Assembly (NCBI RefSeq): GCF_027492755.1
Contig: NZ_JAPUED010000125.1
Coordinates: 1 to 60,661 of the forward strand
Source of the DNA: Micropruina sp.
Lineage (GTDB): Bacteria > Actinomycetota > Actinomycetes > Propionibacteriales > Propionibacteriaceae
Length of the DNA: 60,661 bases
Reading direction: 5' to 3'
A program made the position numbers and the translations under genes. Below, piece after piece: positions 1 through 9,942 of the stretch (its first letter is position 1; each line of letters opens with the position of its first letter). Under the pieces are notes generated by a model. That model ran no database searches, had not been told where the DNA came from, and saw only the letters and a list, made by a program, of their open reading frames with translations.

Positions 1-32
1 GTGGGATCGTTGTCGATGGGACCGTCAGTCAT
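1..32 (-). CDS. gyrA: N-terminus of probable DNA gyrase subunit A (runs off the window)
   Basis: Minus-strand ATG at 32 (MTDGPIDNDP...) with GGAG RBS at 41-44. Identity inferred only from position directly downstream of gyrB. Confidence 0.6.
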   Translation of the reverse strand, partial: MTDGPIDNDP

Positions 33-64
33 CGGTCAGTCTCCATTCGTTGGGGTCTACCGCT

Positions 65-116
65 GGTTGTGCTTGTCGAAACCGCGTGCGCCAGGTCTCG
101 ACAAGCTCGACCAACG
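65..116. repeat. REP-like palindrome, family 1 (GGTCGAGCTTGTCGAGACC / GGTCTCGACAAGCTCGACC)
   Basis: Arms GGTTGTGCTTGTCGAAACC (65-83) and GGTCTCGACAAGCTCGACC (94-112) in the gyrB-gyrA gap. Similar copies occur elsewhere in the window. Confidence 0.8.
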
Positions 117-121
117 AGGGC

Positions 122-2131
122 TCAGATGTCGAGGAAGCGGACGTCCTTGGCGTTGCGCTGGATGAAGTGACGTCGCGGCTCGACCTCCTCGCCCATCAGG
201 ATCGAGAACATGTTGTCGGCGGTGGCGGCGTCTTCGAGGGTCACCTGCAGCAGCGAACGCTTGTCCGGGTCCATCGTGGTGTCCCACAGGTCGTCGGCGT
301 TCATTTCGCCCAGGCCCTTGTAGCGCTGGATCGGGTTGTTGTTCGGCGCCGGCAGCTTCTTGCCCGCCGCGAAGCCGGCGTCGCGCAGGGTGTCGCGTTC
401 GGCGTCCGAATAGGCCAGCTCGTGCGGAGCGTTGGTCCAGCGCAGCCGGTACAGCGGCGGTTGCGCCAAGTACACGTAGCCGTGGTCGATCAGCGGCTTC
501 ATGAACCGGAACAGCAGGGTGAGCAGCAGGGTGCGGATGTGCGCCCCGTCGACGTCGGCGTCGGCCATCAGCACGATCTTGTGGTAGCGCAGCTTGTTGA
601 CGTCGAAGTCGTCCTGCACCCCGGTGCCGAGCACGTTGATGATCGCCTCGACCTCGCGGTTCTGCAGGATCTTGTCGATCCGGGCCTTCTCGACGTTCAG
701 GATCTTGCCGCGGATCGGCAGGATCGCCTGGATCCGCGGGTCGCGTCCGCCCTTGGCCGAGCCGCCGGCGGAGTCGCCCTCGACGATGAACACCTCGCAC
801 TCGGACGGCTCTGTCGACTGGCAGTCGGACAGCTTGCCGTACTGGCCGGTCTTCAGCAGGCCCTTGCGGCTACGGGCGATGTCGCGGGCCTTGCGGGCCG
901 CGATCCGGGCCGACGCCGCCGCCTGCGCCTTGCGGACGATGTCGCGACCCTCGGCCGGGTTCTTCTCGAACCAGTCGCCGAGCAGGTCGTTGGTGACCCG
1001 CTGGACGAACGACCGGGCCTCGGTGTTGCCGAGCTTGGTCTTGGTCTGCCCCTCGAACTGCGGCTCGCCGAGCTTGATGCTGATGATCGCGGTGAGGCCC
1101 TCGCGGATGTCGTCGCCGGAGACCCGGTCCTCGCGCTTCTTGATCAGCCCCCAGGTCTCGCCCCAGCGGTTGACGGTGTTGGTCAGCGCGGCCCGGAAGC
1201 CCTCTTCGTGGGTGCCGCCCTCGTGGGTGTTGATGGTGTTGGCGAAGGTGTGCACGCTCTCGTTGAACGACGAGTTCCACTGCATCGCCACTTCGAGGCT
1301 GAGTTGCTGCTCGTCGTTGTTGGCGTCGATCGCGATCACCGACGGGTGGATCGTCTCTTTGCTGCCGGTGAGGAACTTCACGAAGTCGATCAGGCCGTCG
1401 TCGTAGTGGAAGACGTCGCGCTGCGGCTCATCCTCCTCATCGGTGCGGCGGTCGGTGCGTTCGTCGATCAGCGTGATGGACAGGCCCTTGTTCAGGAACG
1501 CCATCTCGCGGAACCGGGTGGCCAGCGTCTCGTAGCTGTAGGTGGTGGTCTCGAAGATGTCCGAGCTGGCGTAGAAGGTGACCGTGGTGCCGGTCTCGTC
1601 GGACGGCTCCAGCTGCTCCAGCGGGCCGTCGGGGTCACCCAGGGTGAAGCTCTGCTGCCAGTGGTAGCCATCGCGGCGGACGTCGACCGTCAGCGAACTG
1701 GAGAGCGCGTTCACCACCGAGGCACCCACGCCGTGCAGGCCGCCGGACACCTTGTAGCCGCCGGTGCCGAACTTGCCGCCGGCGTGCAGCACAGTGAGCG
1801 CCACCGTCACCGCCGGGATCTTCTCCTTGGGGTGCAGGTCGACCGGGAAGCCGCGTCCGTTGTCGATGACCTGGACGCCGCCGTTGTCGAGCAGCCGGAC
1901 GATGATCGTGTCGCAGTAGCCGGCCAGCGCCTCGTCGACGGAGTTGTCGACGATCTCTTGCACGAGATGGTGCAGGCCGCGCTCACCGGTCGACCCGATG
2001 TACATGCCGGGGCGCTTGCGGACCGCCTCCAGGCCTTCCAGGACGGTGATCGCGCTGGCGTCGTAGTTGCCGGCTTCGACGGCATGCGCCGCCGCGCCGA
2101 CCGTGTGGCCACCGGTCGTCGGTTCGCTCAC
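122..2131 (-). CDS. gyrB: DNA gyrase subunit B
   Basis: Motifs [52 protein letters not shown] and QRYKGLGEM; oriC-proximal. Confidence 0.98.
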   Translation of the reverse strand: MSEPTTGGHTVGAAAHAVEAGNYDASAITVLEGLEAVRKRPGMYIGSTGERGLHHLVQEIVDNSVDEALAGYCDTIIVRLLDNGGVQVIDNGRGFPVDLHPKEKIPAVTVALTVLHAGGKFGTGGYKVSGGLHGVGASVVNALSSSLTVDVRRDGYHWQQSFTLGDPDGPLEQLEPSDETGTTVTFYASSDIFETTTYSYETLATRFREMAFLNKGLSITLIDERTDRRTDEEDEPQRDVFHYDDGLIDFVKFLTGSKETIHPSVIAIDANNDEQQLSLEVAMQWNSSFNESVHTFANTINTHEGGTHEEGFRAALTNTVNRWGETWGLIKKREDRVSGDDIREGLTAIISIKLGEPQFEGQTKTKLGNTEARSFVQRVTNDLLGDWFEKNPAEGRDIVRKAQAAASARIAARKARDIARSRKGLLKTGQYGKLSDCQSTEPSECEVFIVEGDSAGGSAKGGRDPRIQAILPIRGKILNVEKARIDKILQNREVEAIINVLGTGVQDDFDVNKLRYHKIVLMADADVDGAHIRTLLLTLLFRFMKPLIDHGYVYLAQPPLYRLRWTNAPHELAYSDAERDTLRDAGFAAGKKLPAPNNNPIQRYKGLGEMNADDLWDTTMDPDKRSLLQVTLEDAATADNMFSILMGEEVEPRRHFIQRNAKDVRFLDI

Positions 2132-2432
2132 TCAGGTACCCCTCGCTGTTCGGGTCTCACTCACACGAACACCGCCCACAACCCCGGTCTGGGTTCAGCC
2201 CAGCGGGAACCGAGGGTGGTGGCGGCGTCGGAACTCGCCCAGTCTACCCTGTGGAGCGCCCCGACCCTAATATCGACGTCCATTTCTGGGTCGATCTGTG
2301 GATAGGAGGCCACTGAGCGGCCCTCTGAGCCGATTTCCCCCCGTTCGTAGCCCCCCATACGGTCCCTCGACCTGCGTGGTTCTGAGCCGCGTCGAACCCG
2401 GACGGCCCCGGTGCCGTCCTAGACTGCGAGCC

Positions 2433-3086
2433 GTGCCGCCCACCTCGTCACCCCGACGAACACCTCCGTCACCCCCGGACGTGCCTCCGTCCCCCCGGCG
2501 CACCCCTGCCTCATCCCGGCGCACCCCGGCGTCTCTCCCCGCCCGCTGGCTACTGGTCGGAATCGTCGTCCTGGCCCTGGCCGGCACCTGGCTGGCAGGC
2601 GGCTTCGAGAAGGCCACCGACCGGCTGACCCGGCTACCGGTCGGCACCGAGGTCGATCTGGGACCGATGTCGTTCGCGGCCGATCGGGCACAAGCCCGCC
2701 AGCGCACGAATTCGTGGACGGTGTACGTATTCGGACGCTGCCGCAACAACACCGATGCACCGCTGGCGTCGACGAAGGACCGGCTGGTTCGCAACGCGTT
2801 CTCGATGCAGCATCCGGTCAACCGCCAGGTGACTGCCGAGGCGAGCTTGTTCTTCGGCCCCGGCGAGACCCTCGGCAAGTCCGACGTGCTCAACCCCGGC
2901 ACTCCGATGGTGCCCTGCACCCTGGTCTTCGACCCGGACGAATTCCCGGCCACCGACTACATCTCGGTCGGTGCCTCGGAGCTGGAGTGGATCGACGCCA
3001 GTCCCACCGGCGAGGGCCAGATGGTCTGGTCGGCGTCCCGAATGGCGTACCGCTTCGAGGTGCCGGTGGTCATCGAGCCGGCGTGA
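2433..3086 (+). CDS. Hypothetical membrane-anchored protein with Pro/Arg-rich N-terminal repeats
   Basis: Part of ORF 2298-3086. GTG at 2433 lies 7 nt after -10-like TAGACT (2420-2425). One TM segment (WLLVGIVVLALAGTWL) precedes a beta-rich domain. Confidence 0.7.
   Translation: MPPTSSPRRTPPSPPDVPPSPRRTPASSRRTPASLPARWLLVGIVVLALAGTWLAGGFEKATDRLTRLPVGTEVDLGPMSFAADRAQARQRTNSWTVYVFGRCRNNTDAPLASTKDRLVRNAFSMQHPVNRQVTAEASLFFGPGETLGKSDVLNPGTPMVPCTLVFDPDEFPATDYISVGASELEWIDASPTGEGQMVWSASRMAYRFEVPVVIEPA
2448..2531 (+). repeat. Degenerate 21-bp tandem repeat, about 4 units, in frame
   Basis: Encodes SPRRTPP-SPPDVPP-SPRRTPA-SSRRTPA. Confidence 0.65.
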
Positions 3087-3603
3087 GCACCGGGTGCGGC
3101 GCCGTCCCCCGATAGGCGCTCACCACCCCGGCCAGCCCCGCCAGCGAGCCGGCGCCGTCCTCGGGGATCAGGTAGATCAGCTCGCCGCGTGCCGTCCCGT
3201 CCGCACCGGCCGGTGACCCACAGCCGCTGTCGAGTGCCCGCTTGCCCGAGTAGTCCAGCGGACTCACCCCGCTCCAGCGGCGGCCGTCGGCGGCCAGCAG
3301 GATCAGCGCGCAGTAGCTACCCTCTGCCGGCGGCCGGTAGTCGATCACCGCGATCGCCCAGAGCGCGCCGGCCGGTGCCGGCTGGTCGCCGCGATCGGTG
3401 ATCAGCATCGGGGTGGTCGTGAGCGAAGCCACCCGCATCGGCATGCCGCCCTCGGGCAGCGGGTCGGCCCATGCTCCGGGCGCGGTCTGTTGCCAGTGCG
3501 GCGTGCTCCGCGCGTGCAGGTAGCCCACCCAGCCCACGGTGACCGCCAGCACGGCGAGAAACACCGCGCCGGCCACCATCCACTGCCGGGTGCGCGCGTT
3601 CAC
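3070..3603 (-). CDS. Hypothetical membrane-anchored protein
   Basis: 177 aa with N-terminal TM helix and two Cys in the extracytoplasmic part; 4-nt start/stop overlap with the upstream gene. Confidence 0.75.
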   Translation of the reverse strand: MNARTRQWMVAGAVFLAVLAVTVGWVGYLHARSTPHWQQTAPGAWADPLPEGGMPMRVASLTTTPMLITDRGDQPAPAGALWAIAVIDYRPPAEGSYCALILLAADGRRWSGVSPLDYSGKRALDSGCGSPAGADGTARGELIYLIPEDGAGSLAGLAGVVSAYRGTAPHPVLTPAR

Positions 3604-4157
3604 CGATCCACCTCGACACGACCCCGGGTGGTTCGGACGACGGCGTAGCGGTCCTTCTCCAGCGACTGTGCGGCGGCATCCGGGGTGACTCCGAGGTCGA
3701 TCTCGAGCTGCGGGTCGTAGGCGTAGATCGGCGCTCGGTCCAGCACCGTGAGGGTGAATCCGGCCAGGTCGTCCGGGCTGATCTCGAAGACCACGTCCTG
3801 GGTGATCCGGAAGCCGGGCTCGGGCACGGTGATCGGGTCGCGGGCGGCGAAGCTGCGGCCGTTGGATTCGCCGCCCACCGTCCAGTCGAGGCTGCGTCGC
3901 GTGCCGTCGGTGGCGATCGTGACGTTCACCGCCAGGAAGATCACCCCGGAGCGGCCGACGAAGAGGTTGTCGGAGTAGAGCGCCTGCCCGATGGTGGACG
4001 AGTTGACGGTGATGGTCGAGTCGTAGAGCCGTCCGGGCTTGCCCAGCGCCACCCGGGTGGTGTGTTCCCGGGGCGTCTCACCCAGCCAGGTGTGCAAGCC
4101 GATCATCGCCAGGCAGGCGAGCACCGCGATCAGGCCGCCCGCCCACCGCCGGTTCAC
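3600..4157 (-). CDS. Hypothetical membrane-anchored protein (possibly DUF4352/Ig-like fold)
   Basis: GTG at 4157 overlaps the upstream TGA. N-terminal TM, then FLAVNVTI...VVFEI beta-strand pattern. Confidence 0.7.
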   Translation of the reverse strand: MNRRWAGGLIAVLACLAMIGLHTWLGETPREHTTRVALGKPGRLYDSTITVNSSTIGQALYSDNLFVGRSGVIFLAVNVTIATDGTRRSLDWTVGGESNGRSFAARDPITVPEPGFRITQDVVFEISPDDLAGFTLTVLDRAPIYAYDPQLEIDLGVTPDAAAQSLEKDRYAVVRTTRGRVEVDR

Positions 4158-5464
4158 CGGGCCTCCTCGGCGAGGGTCGTCGGCGCTTCGGCCTCGGCTC
4201 CGGCATGCGCGGCGAAATGGCCCAGGCAGGCATGGAAGGCGGTGGCCAGCAGAGCCCACCGCAGCGGTTCGGCGAGCGCTGTGACGACCAGGTCGATCGG
4301 CGGACCGGCCACCGCCCAGAACGGTGCCGGGTGCCCGCCGAGCAGGCTGTCCAGGCCGCGGCGCAGCAGTTCCTCCCCGGTGCTCAGCACCCCGTAACAG
4401 ACGATGAAGGCGGCGAAGAAGGCCGGGCCCACCCCGAGCACCAGTCGCAACGACTGCCAGGTCGGCAGGTATTTGTCGTTCAGGTCACCGAAGAAGGCCT
4501 CCTGGACGCCGAGGGCCAGGCCGCGTTCCCGGTCGCCGACTTCGACCCGGCCGCGGCGCACCCCGACCCCGACCGGTTCGCCCTGGCGCCACAGGTCGGC
4601 GATGGAGACCACCTGACTGCCGAACACCAGCGCGGCCAGGGCCAGCCAGAGCATCGGTTCCACCACCATCGCGGTCACCCCGGGCCAGATCACGTCCCAC
4701 CACAACGCGCCGAGCTGCGCCAGCACGTCCGAGATGTCGATGCCGAGGCCGGCGAACAGCTGCTGCAACCCCCAGGACGGATAGTCCAGCCAGACCCGAA
4801 AGGCCCTTTCGTCCACCCAGTTGCCCAGCCGGACCAGCAGCTGGCGTCCGCTCATCAGCACGATCAGCATGAAGAAGCCCTCGACCAGTGCGGCCAGCAG
4901 CCCGAGCGGCCGGAACCCGGTGCGTTCGAACCACCGGTCGATCAGCCGTCTGACGACGTACAGTCCGACGATCACACCCACCAGCACCCAGGCGCCGACC
5001 GTTCCCTGCGGGTTGAGCTGGGCCAGCACCGGACGCTCGAAGGTGAGCCCGCCGAACACGTAGTAGTTGATCTGAATGTCGTTGGCGGCGTCGGTGACCA
5101 CGTCGAACACCGCGTAGATGCCCAGGAACGGCAGCAGGGTGAGGGACAGCAGATGCGAGATCGAGGTGTCCCGGGGATCCTCCTCAGGCAGCGGCAGCGC
5201 CTGCCTGATCTGCAGTTCCTGCCCGGTGATCCGCAGTCCGACGATGATCGTGGAGAGCCGGACGACGAAGCCCAGCGACAGCATCAGCAGCGACAGCCAG
5301 GCGCTGACGTCCACCACCAAAGCCGCTAGCTGCGCGAAGACCCGGTACCCCAGCCAGCCCAGCAGCACCACCACGAGCAGCCGCGGCAGCGTCCGCCACC
5401 ACACCACAGCAGTGGTGGTGACAAGGTGATTCAGGGATCCCGCGAGGGAACGGACGGCCTCCAT
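4154..5464 (-). CDS. Polytopic integral membrane protein of unknown function
   Basis: Many hydrophobic segments. ATG at 5464 is preceded by -10-like TAGGAT. The longer ORF extension runs through a REP repeat. Confidence 0.8.
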   Translation of the reverse strand: MEAVRSLAGSLNHLVTTTAVVWWRTLPRLLVVVLLGWLGYRVFAQLAALVVDVSAWLSLLMLSLGFVVRLSTIIVGLRITGQELQIRQALPLPEEDPRDTSISHLLSLTLLPFLGIYAVFDVVTDAANDIQINYYVFGGLTFERPVLAQLNPQGTVGAWVLVGVIVGLYVVRRLIDRWFERTGFRPLGLLAALVEGFFMLIVLMSGRQLLVRLGNWVDERAFRVWLDYPSWGLQQLFAGLGIDISDVLAQLGALWWDVIWPGVTAMVVEPMLWLALAALVFGSQVVSIADLWRQGEPVGVGVRRGRVEVGDRERGLALGVQEAFFGDLNDKYLPTWQSLRLVLGVGPAFFAAFIVCYGVLSTGEELLRRGLDSLLGGHPAPFWAVAGPPIDLVVTALAEPLRWALLATAFHACLGHFAAHAGAEAEAPTTLAEEAR

Positions 5465-5528
5465 CGCGAGCGATCCTAACCGCCGGACGGGGTCGCACCG
5501 GTACGCAGGGGCGGTCGTACCGGTACGC

Positions 5529-5605
5529 GGGGACGGTTCTTTTCGTCCCATCTGATGACGGGGAGAACCGTCCCCACGGTCACTGGGGACGGTTCTCCTG
5601 GTCAC
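5529..5605. repeat. REP-like palindrome cluster, family 2 (GGGGACGGTTCT / AGAACCGTCCCC)
   Basis: Alternating units at 5529-5540, 5562-5575 and 5585-5598; same motif at 17080-17133. Confidence 0.8.
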
Positions 5606-6088
5606 TCAGCCGTAGGTGTCGCGCGGGCCGCGGCCGTCCCGGACGCTGCGCGGGCCATGTTTCCAGCTCGGCGCGTCCGGACCCTTGACCACGATCCGGG
5701 TCACGGTGCCGTCGCCGAGCTGTTCGTTGAGCCGGGCCACGATGGACGGAGCGAGCAGCCGCAGGTTGGTGGCCCAGGCGGTCGAATCCGTGCGCACCCG
5801 CAGCACCTTCTTGTCGAAGCCCTCCGGACGCGAGTGTTCGGCATTGGTCGGTCCGACCAGGTCGGCCCAGCGGCCCAGCAGGTGCTGCAGGTTGACCTCC
5901 CTCGACCAGCCGCGGCTCGCGATCAGCTCGTCGAGGGCCTCGCCCAGCGGCTGCGGGTCGCCGGCACTGCGGGCGGTCGGTTTCGACTTCGGCTTCTTCT
6001 TGCGCGGCTGCGGCGCGGACGGCATGCCCTGGGCGTTGCGGGCGATCATCCGGGCCAGGTCGATGCCGGACGGGTCATGCTCGGTCAT
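5606..6088 (-). CDS. dciA: DUF721 / DciA family helicase loader protein
   Basis: [20 protein letters not shown] and [10 protein letters not shown]-terminus; immediately downstream of recF. Confidence 0.9.
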   Translation of the reverse strand: MTEHDPSGIDLARMIARNAQGMPSAPQPRKKKPKSKPTARSAGDPQPLGEALDELIASRGWSREVNLQHLLGRWADLVGPTNAEHSRPEGFDKKVLRVRTDSTAWATNLRLLAPSIVARLNEQLGDGTVTRIVVKGPDAPSWKHGPRSVRDGRGPRDTYG

Positions 6089-7238
6089 ACTCCCCCTCGC
6101 TCGCCTCGTCGATCTCCTTCACCTCACCGCCGCCGACCTGGAACCGGCGTCCGCCCAACGCCGCCGGCACATCGGCCGCCACCGCCGCGGTGATCAGCAC
6201 CTGTTCGGCTTCGGCGACCATGCCGGCGAGCCGCTCGCGGCGCATCTGGTCAAGTTCGGCGAACACGTCGTCCAGGATCAGCACCGGTTCCACCCCGTCG
6301 GCGCGCAGCAGGTCGAAGGACGCCAGCTTCAGGGCCAGCGCGAACGACCACGATTCGCCGTGCGAGGCATAACCCTTGGCCGGCAGCTCGCCGAGACTCA
6401 GCACGATGTCGTCACGGTGCGGGCCGACCAGGCAGACGCCGCGGGCGATCTCGTCCGAGCGGCGTTCCGCCATGGCCAGGATCAGCCGGGCCCGCAGCTC
6501 CTCGACCGAGGTGTCCGGCTCGGGCTCGATCGGGCTGCGGTAGGCGAGCTGGGCGTCGTTGTTGGTGGGCGCGATCGCCAGGTAGGCCCGCTGCAGGTGC
6601 GGGGTGAGGTCGGCCAGGGTGCGCACCCTGGCCTGGATCAGCTCGGCACCGAAACCGGCCAGCGACTCGTCCCACACCTCCAAGGTGGCGGCCGCGCCGT
6701 CCGGGATCGACCGACCCCGTCCCGACAAGGACTTCAGCAGAGTCGAGCGCTGCCGAAGCACCCTGTCGTAGTCGGATCGGACGCCGGCCAGCCGCGGCCA
6801 GCGGGTGGTGATCAGCTCGTCGATGAAGCGCCGGCGCTCGCTCGGGTCACCCTTGATCAGCGCCAGGTCCTCGGGCGAGAACAGCACGGTGCGCAGCGCC
6901 CCCAGCAGTTCCCGCGGCCGGCGCAGCGGCGCCCGGTTCAGGCTGGCCCGGTTCTGCCGTCCGGGCAGCATCTCGATCTCGAGCAGCAGTTGCCGCGGAT
7001 CGTCCAGCCCGGCCTGCACCCGGCCGCGGACGATCGCCCGCTCGGCGGTGTGCCGCACCAGCGGCGCCTCGGACGCCACCCGGTGCGACCCCAGCGTGGC
7101 CAGGTAGTCGACCGCCTCGACCAGGTTGGTCTTGCCCTGCCCGTTGGCGCCGGTGAACGTGGTGACACCCGGCTCCAGCCGCAACTCGACACTCGCGTAC
7201 GAGCGAAAATCCGCAAGCGAAAGGTGGGTGACGAACAC
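6075..7238 (-). CDS. recF: DNA replication and repair protein RecF
   Basis: DFRSY, Walker [32 protein letters not shown]. Confidence 0.97.
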   Translation of the reverse strand: MFVTHLSLADFRSYASVELRLEPGVTTFTGANGQGKTNLVEAVDYLATLGSHRVASEAPLVRHTAERAIVRGRVQAGLDDPRQLLLEIEMLPGRQNRASLNRAPLRRPRELLGALRTVLFSPEDLALIKGDPSERRRFIDELITTRWPRLAGVRSDYDRVLRQRSTLLKSLSGRGRSIPDGAAATLEVWDESLAGFGAELIQARVRTLADLTPHLQRAYLAIAPTNNDAQLAYRSPIEPEPDTSVEELRARLILAMAERRSDEIARGVCLVGPHRDDIVLSLGELPAKGYASHGESWSFALALKLASFDLLRADGVEPVLILDDVFAELDQMRRERLAGMVAEAEQVLITAAVAADVPAALGGRRFQVGGGEVKEIDEASEGEYDRA

Positions 7239-7270
7239 GCCGTCACCTTACGGCAGGTCGCCGGCCGGCC

Positions 7271-8152
7271 TCAGTGCTCGCCCTCGGCCTTCACCGCGTG
7301 CCCACCGAACTGGTTGCGCATCGCGGCGACCATCTTCATCGACGGCGAATCCTCCTGCTGCGAGGTGAACCGCGCGAACAGCGCGGCCGCCATCGTCGGC
7401 ACCGGGACGCCCAGCTCGACGGCGGCGTTCACCGTCCAGCGGCCTTCACCGGAGTCGGCGGCATAGCCCTCGATGCCGTCCAGGTGCGGGTCGGCGTCCA
7501 GTGCCCGCACCATCAGGTCGAGCAGCCAGGAGCGGATCACGGTGCCTTCCCGCCACGACTTGAACACCTCAGGCACGTTCGTCACCTCACCGGACGCCTC
7601 AAGCAGCTCCCAGCCCTCGGCGTAGGCCTGCATCAGGCCGTACTCGATGCCGTTGTGCACCATCTTGGCGAAGTGTCCGGCACCGACCTTGCCGGCGTGC
7701 ACGAAACCGACATCGCCGTCCGGCTTGAGCGTGTCGAAGATCGGTTGGGCCAGCGCCACGTCCTCGTCGGCGCCGCCGACCATCAGCGCATAGCCGTTCT
7801 GCAGCCCCCACACGCCGCCGGAGACGCCACAGTCGAGAAACCGGATGCCCTTCTCGCCCAGGTTCGCGGCGTGCCGGGCATCCGCGGTCCACTTGGAGTT
7901 TCCGCCGTCGATCACCAGGTCACCGGGCTGCAGCAGGCCCTTGAGCTCCTCGACGGTGGCGTCCACCACCTGGATCGGCAGCATCACCCACACCACCCGG
8001 GGACCGGTGAGCTGATTGACCATGTCGGCGAGCGAACTGGCATCGCTCACGTCGGGATTGCGGTCGTAGCCCACCACGGTGTGGCCGCCGCGCCGCAACC
8101 GCTCGCGCATGTTGTTGCCCATTTTGCCGAGACCGACCAGACCGAGTTCCAT
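7271..8152 (-). CDS. gnd: 6-phosphogluconate dehydrogenase (short, NAD-dependent type)
   Basis: GLGKMG, IDGGNS, GVSGG, KMVHNGIEYG, RNQFGGH; usual actinobacterial dnaN-gnd-recF order. Confidence 0.95.
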   Translation of the reverse strand: MELGLVGLGKMGNNMRERLRRGGHTVVGYDRNPDVSDASSLADMVNQLTGPRVVWVMLPIQVVDATVEELKGLLQPGDLVIDGGNSKWTADARHAANLGEKGIRFLDCGVSGGVWGLQNGYALMVGGADEDVALAQPIFDTLKPDGDVGFVHAGKVGAGHFAKMVHNGIEYGLMQAYAEGWELLEASGEVTNVPEVFKSWREGTVIRSWLLDLMVRALDADPHLDGIEGYAADSGEGRWTVNAAVELGVPVPTMAAALFARFTSQQEDSPSMKMVAAMRNQFGGHAVKAEGEH

Positions 8153-8223
8153 AACGTTCCTTCCGCGGGGCGTGCGGTCGCGCGTTGTCGCGATCCGTCG
8201 TCAGGATGTCGCGGACGAACGGT

Positions 8224-8235
8224 CTTGTCGAGACC
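8224..8235. repeat. Half copy of REP-like family 1
   Basis: CTTGTCGAGACC in the dnaN-gnd gap. Confidence 0.45.
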
Positions 8236-8243
8236 CTGCAGGG

Positions 8244-9404
8244 TCAGGCGGGGAGCCGCATCAGCATGATCACGTGCCGGTAGTCGGTCTGCTGCTCGCC
8301 GTCGAGTTCGCTGAGTGCGGTGAGCAGGCAGGGCTTGCCGGGCGCGGTGAAGGAGAAATGCACATACGGCGCGTCCAGCGCAGTCAGCGCGTCGGCGAGA
8401 TAGTGCGGGTTGAAGCCGGCCGCGGTCATCGCCAGGCCCTGGCCGGTTTCATCGGTCACCACCGCTTCGAGCGCTTCGACGGCCTGCGCCTGGTCACCGG
8501 TCGCCGCCTCCAGGGTGATCGTCTGGTCACCGATCAGCATGCGCAGCGAGGTGTTCCGCTCGGCCACCAGTGCGACGCGCTTCACCGCGGCGATCACCTC
8601 GGCGGTGTTGGCCCGGACCGTGACGGTGGCCTGCACGTTCATCAGGTGACGGACCTTCGGGAACTCGCCGTCCAGCAACCGGGTGGTGATCTCGCGGGTG
8701 CCTGCCGCGCCGGCGCCCTCGAAGCCGATCAGGCCGTCGCCGGTGCCGCCGCTGGCCAGGCTCAGCGTCACCACTTCACCCGAGGTCATTGATTTGGCGG
8801 TCTCGCCGAGCACCCGGGCCGGCACCAGCGCCGCACCGTCGCCGCCGGAACCGCTGGGCGTCCAGGTGATCTCCTTCAACGCCATCCGGTAGCGGTCGGT
8901 GGCCAGCAGCGAGAGCGTGTCGCCCTCGATCTCCATCCGGACGCCGGTGAACACCGGCAGCAACTCGTCGCGACCAGCAGCCACCACCACTTGCGCCACC
9001 GCGCGGGAGAAGTCCTCGCTCTTCACCGTGCCGGTCGCTTCGGGCATCGTCGGGAGTGCCGGGTAGTCGTCGACCGGCAGCGTCTGCAGGGTGAACCGGG
9101 CGCTGCCGCAGACCAACTCCATCCGCGACGTGTCGGCGGTGATGTCGACCGGCTTGTTGGGCAACGAGCGGGCGATGTCGGCGAGCAGCTTGCCCGAGAC
9201 CAGCGCGACACCGTCGTCGGTCACTTGCGCCGGCACACCGATCTGGGCGGACGTCTCATAGTCGAAACTCGACATCACGACCTGTCCGCCGGAGGCCTTC
9301 ACCAACAGGCCCGCGAGGATCGGGACGCTGGGCCTGGTCGGCAGGCTGCGAGCCGTCCAGGCGACGGCTTCGGCGAGAACATCACGATCGAGGCGGATCT
9401 TCAC
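8244..9404 (-). CDS. dnaN: DNA polymerase III beta sliding clamp
   Basis: GTG at 9404 with GGGAG RBS; motifs SFDYETS, LLATDRYR, RLLDGEFP, FNPHYL. Confidence 0.96.
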   Translation of the reverse strand: MKIRLDRDVLAEAVAWTARSLPTRPSVPILAGLLVKASGGQVVMSSFDYETSAQIGVPAQVTDDGVALVSGKLLADIARSLPNKPVDITADTSRMELVCGSARFTLQTLPVDDYPALPTMPEATGTVKSEDFSRAVAQVVVAAGRDELLPVFTGVRMEIEGDTLSLLATDRYRMALKEITWTPSGSGGDGAALVPARVLGETAKSMTSGEVVTLSLASGGTGDGLIGFEGAGAAGTREITTRLLDGEFPKVRHLMNVQATVTVRANTAEVIAAVKRVALVAERNTSLRMLIGDQTITLEAATGDQAQAVEALEAVVTDETGQGLAMTAAGFNPHYLADALTALDAPYVHFSFTAPGKPCLLTALSELDGEQQTDYRHVIMLMRLPA

Positions 9405-9479
9405 GGGGCTCCCTTGCTCAGTACTCCGGACGACGATCATAACGGTGCCGTACGACAGCTCTTCCACACATTGCGGACC

Positions 9480-9700
9480 GGCCTACTTTTAGTGTCATTC
9501 GACGTGTAACCGTCAGTGGTAGTCATCACTGCTGTGGACACTGTGGATAACGCTTGACAACCCTTGTCGGACGGCGTTTCGCAGTGGTCGGTGGCTGTGG
9601 GTAACTCGAAATCACACGGGTAGTACTTGCGGATGACTCCGGGCCCGCGAACGCCGTCCACAGCCCATCGCGTTATCCACAGGACTTCTCCACGACGGGA
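9480..9700. promoter_or_regulatory. oriC: oriC: DnaA-box cluster with DnaA-trios in the dnaA-dnaN intergenic region
   Basis: Perfect TTATCCACA at 9542-9550 (-) and 9673-9681 (+). Near-consensus boxes at 9533-9541, 9596-9604, 9654-9662 and 9686-9694. Trio-like GAT GAC TAC CAC (minus strand, 9516-9527) next to the tandem boxes. Locally lower GC. Confidence 0.9.
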
Positions 9701-9722
9701 ATCACACGAATCGGTTGCGATT

Positions 9723-9761
9723 CAGCAGAGTCCTGAGACCGATCCAGCAGAGTCCTGAGAC
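9723..9761 (+). repeat. 17-bp direct repeat x2, period 22 (CAGCAGAGTCCTGAGAC)
   Basis: Exact copies at 9723-9739 and 9745-9761. Confidence 0.85.
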
Positions 9762-9942
9762 GGCGAGGGGAGCTACGACCGATGACGAGCGAGGTCGTCC
9801 CGAGCTTGACCCGCGATCTCGCAACAGCACCTCGGCGACCGCACGGAGATCCCGGCGTCCGCCGGGATGACGAAGAGTTCGCCGGGACGACGAAGAGGGG
9901 CTCGGACGACGACGGAGCCGGGTTGTGCCGGAAGCTCCTGCT

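Noticed and set aside
50-2305. 751-aa plus-strand ORF, and similar long antisense ORFs such as 5616-7466, 28318-30348, 33305-35323, 48007-50007 and 49941-51953
   Set aside because: Shadow frames opposite well-supported genes; expected from stop-codon scarcity in high-GC DNA; no recognisable motifs.
7271-8152. gnd within the replication gene cluster
   Set aside because: Common arrangement in Actinobacteria.
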